A program made the translations under genes and the position numbers. The notes under the pieces were generated by a model that saw nothing but the letters and a program-made list of their open reading frames with translations, searched no databases and was not told the origin of the DNA. 57,923 bases of DNA from NCBI GenBank assembly GCA_004377005.1, contig SOIV01000268.1:1-57923 (forward strand), written 5' to 3'. Shown piece after piece: positions 54,516 to 57,923 of the stretch. The DNA is from Candidatus Aminicenantes bacterium (GTDB taxonomy: Bacteria; Acidobacteriota; Aminicenantia; Aminicenantales; Aminicenantaceae). Each line of letters opens with the position of its first letter. Positions within the stretch are counted from its first letter, which is position 1.

Positions 54516-55697
54516 TTACTCTCTTAAATTGATGTAACCGTATATCTCCTCAACTTTCCCTGTTTCTGCAATCTTTTCCAGTTTCAAAGCTACTTCTTTA
54601 AAATGCTCTACTTTTATGTCCCTTCCTCCAAGGCCATAAACATAATTCACGATATGTGGACGCTCAGCGTAATCATAAAGAGCAGAGCGAACCTCAGTGA
54701 AAAGAGGGGCTCCAAAAGCTCCAGGACTCGAAGAACGGTCGAGAACAGCTATGGCCTTCATCTTCTTCAATGCCTCAGCGATTTTCTCATGGGGAAACGG
54801 ACGAAAAATCCGAGGTTTGAGGAGCCCGATTCTCTTCCCATCTGACCTTAACTCATCTACGGCATCTTTACATGTTCCTGCTGCAGAGCTCATAACAACG
54901 ATACACAACTCAGCATCATCCATCCTGTATTCTTCGAAAAAGCCGTATTCGCGGCCAAATTTCTGGCCGAACTCCTTGCCAACAGCCTCGATGACCGGAG
55001 GAGCATTCTCGATGCCTTCCATCTGGTTTCTTTTGTGCTCAAAGTAATAATCGGTAAAATCAATGGGACCCACTGTCATCTTCCGGCTTGTATCCAGAAG
55101 AGGATAGACAGATTTGTACTCTCCGACAAACTTTTTGACTTTAGCGTCGTCCTCGACCTGGATGACTTCCAGGGAATGACTGATGATGAAGCCATCCAAT
55201 CCAACAAAAACCGGAGTTCTGACCTTTAAATCTTCTCCGATACGAAAGGCCTGAATAAAATTGTCGTAAGCTTCCTGGCAGTTCTCAGAATAGATCTGGA
55301 TCCATCCAGAATCTCTGGCACCCATGGTATCGCTGTGGTCGCCATGAATGTTAATAGGTGCGCTAAGGGAGCGATTAACTATGGCTGCTACGATCGGAAG
55401 CCTCAAACCGGCAGCTATGTAGAGCATCTCCCACATGAGTGCTAACCCCTGAGAAGCAGTGGCTGTCATCACCCTTCCCCCTGCCGATGAAGCTCCGATG
55501 CAGACGCTCATAGCGCTGTGTTCACTTTCCGGGCAGACAAATTCGCCTGTGATCAATCCATCTGCTTTAAATTTGGCGATTGTCTCAACGATTGCCGTGG
55601 ATGGAGTTATGGGATAGGCGGCCATCACATCAGGATCAATCTGCCTTACAGCTTCTGCTATCGCCTGATTTCCGTTTAATGTTTTGAGTGTGCTCAT
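54516..55697 (-). CDS. 2-oxoacid:ferredoxin oxidoreductase alpha subunit.
   Basis: 393 aa. N-terminal LNGNQAIAEA...AYPITPST typical of PorA/VorA. Confidence 0.9.
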   Translation of the reverse strand: MSTLKTLNGNQAIAEAVRQIDPDVMAAYPITPSTAIVETIAKFKADGLITGEFVCPESEHSAMSVCIGASSAGGRVMTATASQGLALMWEMLYIAAGLRLPIVAAIVNRSLSAPINIHGDHSDTMGARDSGWIQIYSENCQEAYDNFIQAFRIGEDLKVRTPVFVGLDGFIISHSLEVIQVEDDAKVKKFVGEYKSVYPLLDTSRKMTVGPIDFTDYYFEHKRNQMEGIENAPPVIEAVGKEFGQKFGREYGFFEEYRMDDAELCIVVMSSAAGTCKDAVDELRSDGKRIGLLKPRIFRPFPHEKIAEALKKMKAIAVLDRSSSPGAFGAPLFTEVRSALYDYAERPHIVNYVYGLGGRDIKVEHFKEVALKLEKIAETGKVEEIYGYINLRE

Positions 55698-56008
55698 TCC
55701 GCATCCCCTTCAGCAAGCTTTGCTTCTTCTTTTACCATAATAATGGCCTTCTCTTTTGGTGGACACTCCACAGAACACATTCCACAACCTGTACAATAAT
55801 CGTAATTTATCCCTTTTACTTCGTCTCCTTCAACGAGGATGGCTGAATGCGGACAGTAAAGCCAGCAAAAAAAGCACTGAATGCATTTTTCCTCTATAAA
55901 CTGTGGCTTTTTTCCTGAACGCCAGGTCCCGGTTAAATTCTTTACAGAGTTTCCTGCATCAAGGTTTATGGTGCCGATTGTCAATTCTTTCCAGGTTTCT
56001 TTTTTCAT
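55694..56008 (-). CDS. 2-oxoacid:ferredoxin oxidoreductase delta subunit (2x[4Fe-4S] ferredoxin).
   Basis: CIQCFFCWLYCP and CTGCGMCSVECP motifs. 4-nt overlaps with both neighbours. Confidence 0.9.
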   Translation of the reverse strand: MKKETWKELTIGTINLDAGNSVKNLTGTWRSGKKPQFIEEKCIQCFFCWLYCPHSAILVEGDEVKGINYDYCTGCGMCSVECPPKEKAIIMVKEEAKLAEGDAE

Positions 56009-56580
56009 CCTTCTTTTACCTCCTTTAGAGCTCTGTCTATGGTTCGCACGTTCTTCTCAACAACCTCGGGCCTCAGTTTTTTTCCAAGAGAGATCTTTAT
56101 CTTATCTTTAAATTTTTTAAGGTCCATGAGCTCAGTGATTTTTACCAAGGCTGCGACCATGGGCACGTTGGGAATAGCTCTTCCCAGTTCATCCGAAGCT
56201 ATGGTGTAAGCATCTAATGCATAAATTTTCCTTGCTCCTAAAGACAGCCTCTCTCGAATAAGATCAATGTCAAAAGTTGTGTTCATCAGGAAAATCGTAT
56301 CCTCTTTCGCACCACCGCTTATATCCACAATGCCCAGCAAGGATGGGTCAGTGACCACGACAATGTCAGGATTATAGACATGACTGTGCGTGCGGATGGG
56401 ATTTTTGCTGATTCGATTAAAAGCCATTATGGGAGCACCTCTCTTTTCTGCCCCAAATTCGGGGAATGCCTGAACATATTTGTCTTTTTCTGAAGAGAGC
56501 ACATCTGCCAAAGTTACTGCTGCCGTAACAACTCCCTGGCCAGCACGACCGTGCCAGCGTATTTCGATTAACTCTTTCAT
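56005..56580 (-). CDS. 2-oxoacid:ferredoxin oxidoreductase gamma subunit.
   Basis: IRWHGRAGQGVVTAA N-terminus typical of PorC/VorC gamma subunits. 191 aa. Confidence 0.9.
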   Translation of the reverse strand: MKELIEIRWHGRAGQGVVTAAVTLADVLSSEKDKYVQAFPEFGAEKRGAPIMAFNRISKNPIRTHSHVYNPDIVVVTDPSLLGIVDISGGAKEDTIFLMNTTFDIDLIRERLSLGARKIYALDAYTIASDELGRAIPNVPMVAALVKITELMDLKKFKDKIKISLGKKLRPEVVEKNVRTIDRALKEVKEG

Positions 56581-56680
56581 TGAGCCTCCTTTCTCTAAAA
56601 TCTAAATGATTTCTCCCTTCTATAGTTCATTGTCTAAAAATACATAAAAGGGGAAATGAGCTTAATTATCACGCAAAATT

Positions 56681-57286
56681 CTATTCCTTGATTTCTGTCC
56701 TTCCTTCTAAAGCTTTTTTGATGGTAACCTGGTCGGCATAATCAATATCAGATCCTACTGGCAATCCCATGGCTAATCTTGTCAGCTTGATGTTGAAATC
56801 TTTTAAAATTTTCGCTAGATAGACGGCTGTGGACTCCCCTTCCACAGTGGGATTAGTGGCGATAATAATTTCTTTGAGATTGCCATCTTTTATTCTCTTC
56901 TCCAATTTCTCTGTCTTTAACTCATCGGGTCCTACTCCCTTTAAGGGAGAAAGGGCTCCTAAGAGAACATAATATCTTCCGGTGTAAATCTCGGTTTTTT
57001 CTATGGAGAATATATTAAACGGTTCTTCAACGATACAAAGGACTTCGTCGTTTCGGCTGGAGTCAGTGCAATACTGACAAGGATCGACATGAGTCATGCT
57101 ATTACAAATGGAACAGTAAAATGTGTTGCGCTTGGCATCTTTTATTGCTTTTGCCAATTTATCTGCTTCTTCCTGGGGAAGACTAATGATATAAAATGCA
57201 ATTCTCTGGGCAGTTTTGGCTCCGATGCTCGGAATTTTCTTCAGCTCCTCAATAAGGAGATTCAGAGGATGGGTTTGATCAATCAT
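56681..57286 (-). CDS. recR: Recombination protein RecR.
   Basis: HhH N-terminus (LPSIGAKTAQRIAF), C4 zinc finger (CSICNS...CQYC) and a Toprim domain. Confidence 0.95.
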   Translation of the reverse strand: MIDQTHPLNLLIEELKKIPSIGAKTAQRIAFYIISLPQEEADKLAKAIKDAKRNTFYCSICNSMTHVDPCQYCTDSSRNDEVLCIVEEPFNIFSIEKTEIYTGRYYVLLGALSPLKGVGPDELKTEKLEKRIKDGNLKEIIIATNPTVEGESTAVYLAKILKDFNIKLTRLAMGLPVGSDIDYADQVTIKKALEGRTEIKE

Positions 57287-57597
57287 CAGAAAAGCCCAGG
57301 AATTTTAAGACCCATCCCAAATTTCCCCATTTTTTCGGATACGTTTTCGTCCACTTTTGTCCCAGCATCGTTAAATGCAGCAATGATCAAATCCTGGAGC
57401 ATTTCAATATCATCTTTATTTACAACTTCCGGATCAATGCTGATTGATAACAAACTTTTTGAGCCGTCAAGGGTGACAGTCACCATTCCGCCCCCGCTCG
57501 ATCCGTCTACTCTCATCTCTGCTAATTCTTCCTGGAGTTTATCCTGCATTTCCTTTGCGGTCTTTAACATTTTTTGTAAATTTGCCACATTTTTCAT
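57286..57597 (-). CDS. ybaB: YbaB/EbfC-family nucleoid-associated protein.
   Basis: 103 aa with the typical [12 protein letters not shown]...[11 protein letters not shown] pattern. Lies in the dnaX-ybaB-recR synteny. Confidence 0.9.
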   Translation of the reverse strand: MKNVANLQKMLKTAKEMQDKLQEELAEMRVDGSSGGGMVTVTLDGSKSLLSISIDPEVVNKDDIEMLQDLIIAAFNDAGTKVDENVSEKMGKFGMGLKIPGLF

Positions 57598-57923
57598 TTT
57601 TTTCTCCCTAAATCGAAAGGCAATTTATTTTTATCATCCTCAGATTTTTTTATGGGTTTAATCGAAAGCACCTGTGCCTTGAATTTATCCATAAAAGACT
57701 GAACAGAGGGGTCCTTCATAGCTGTCTCAATCTCTCGCTCCCTTTTTCCTTTATCTTCTTCGAATTTACTGGGTATCGTTTCGTTTATTTTCTGATTAGA
57801 GACTTCTGGAACTTTTTCTTCCAGCATCTTTTCTTCCAGCACCTTTTCTTTCTGGAAAGTATTCTTGTTGAATTCTTTTCCAGATGGAGATCCCAGTTCT
57901 TTTTTAATATCTTCTAGCTCCTG
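57594..57923 (-). CDS. dnaX: 3' end of an ORF open to the window edge, most likely DNA polymerase III gamma/tau (dnaX) C-terminus.
   Basis: The frame stays open from 57923 down to the stop at 57594. Lys/Glu-rich linker followed by [20 protein letters not shown]. 4-nt overlap with ybaB. Conserved dnaX-ybaB-recR order. Confidence 0.55.
   Translation of the reverse strand, partial: QELEDIKKELGSPSGKEFNKNTFQKEKVLEEKMLEEKVPEVSNQKINETIPSKFEEDKGKREREIETAMKDPSVQSFMDKFKAQVLSIKPIKKSEDDKNKLPFDLGRKK

Overview
AT-rich bacterial chromosomal segment, probably from an uncultivated anaerobe. The gene content (CarboxypepD_reg-type outer-membrane proteins, GWxTD/TPR proteins, many secreted peptidases) suggests an Acidobacteria/Aminicenantes-like lineage, but that is inference only. 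About 45 genes are tightly packed.

Left to right:
- A c-di-GMP-flavoured corner: a PilZ protein, a frameshifted HD-GYP gene, a flavodoxin-like quinone reductase fused to a UbiA prenyltransferase, and a second UbiA paralog.
- pyrBI.
- An envelope/TPR block: CarboxypepD_reg-TPR, GWxTD-like and sulfatase-like-TPR proteins.
- A large peptide and amino-acid scavenging block: S9, M14 and class-C beta-lactamase-fold hydrolases, an AGAT-type amidinotransferase, a TrpB-like PLP enzyme, an Lrp/AsnC regulator, a TonB-type outer-membrane barrel and a D-aminoacylase.
- A phosphofructokinase, an initiator tRNA-Met and a stand-alone nuoJKLMN module.
- rnpB (RNase P RNA), a sigma-54 response regulator, an RCK potassium-channel homolog, two M16 peptidases and a Xaa-Pro peptidase.
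- A glycyl-radical-enzyme operon: enolase-superfamily gene, activase, HypD-like GRE.
- A four-subunit 2-oxoacid:ferredoxin oxidoreductase and dnaX(partial)-ybaB-recR.

No CRISPR array, intact mobile element or recognisable defence system is visible.

Most interesting signals:
1. The GRE operon is led by an enolase-superfamily enzyme and followed by a Xaa-Pro peptidase.
2. The Lrp/AsnC gene is bracketed by an inverted ~160-bp duplication that gives both divergent operons the same promoter/operator.
3. An amidinotransferase and a PLP enzyme sit on the same strand as two secreted peptidases.
4. The sigma-54 regulator CDS reads ~90 nt into rnpB.
5. A REP-like hairpin family is present, together with a degraded IS200-type transposase.
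6. Several duplicated promoter or iteron modules occur.
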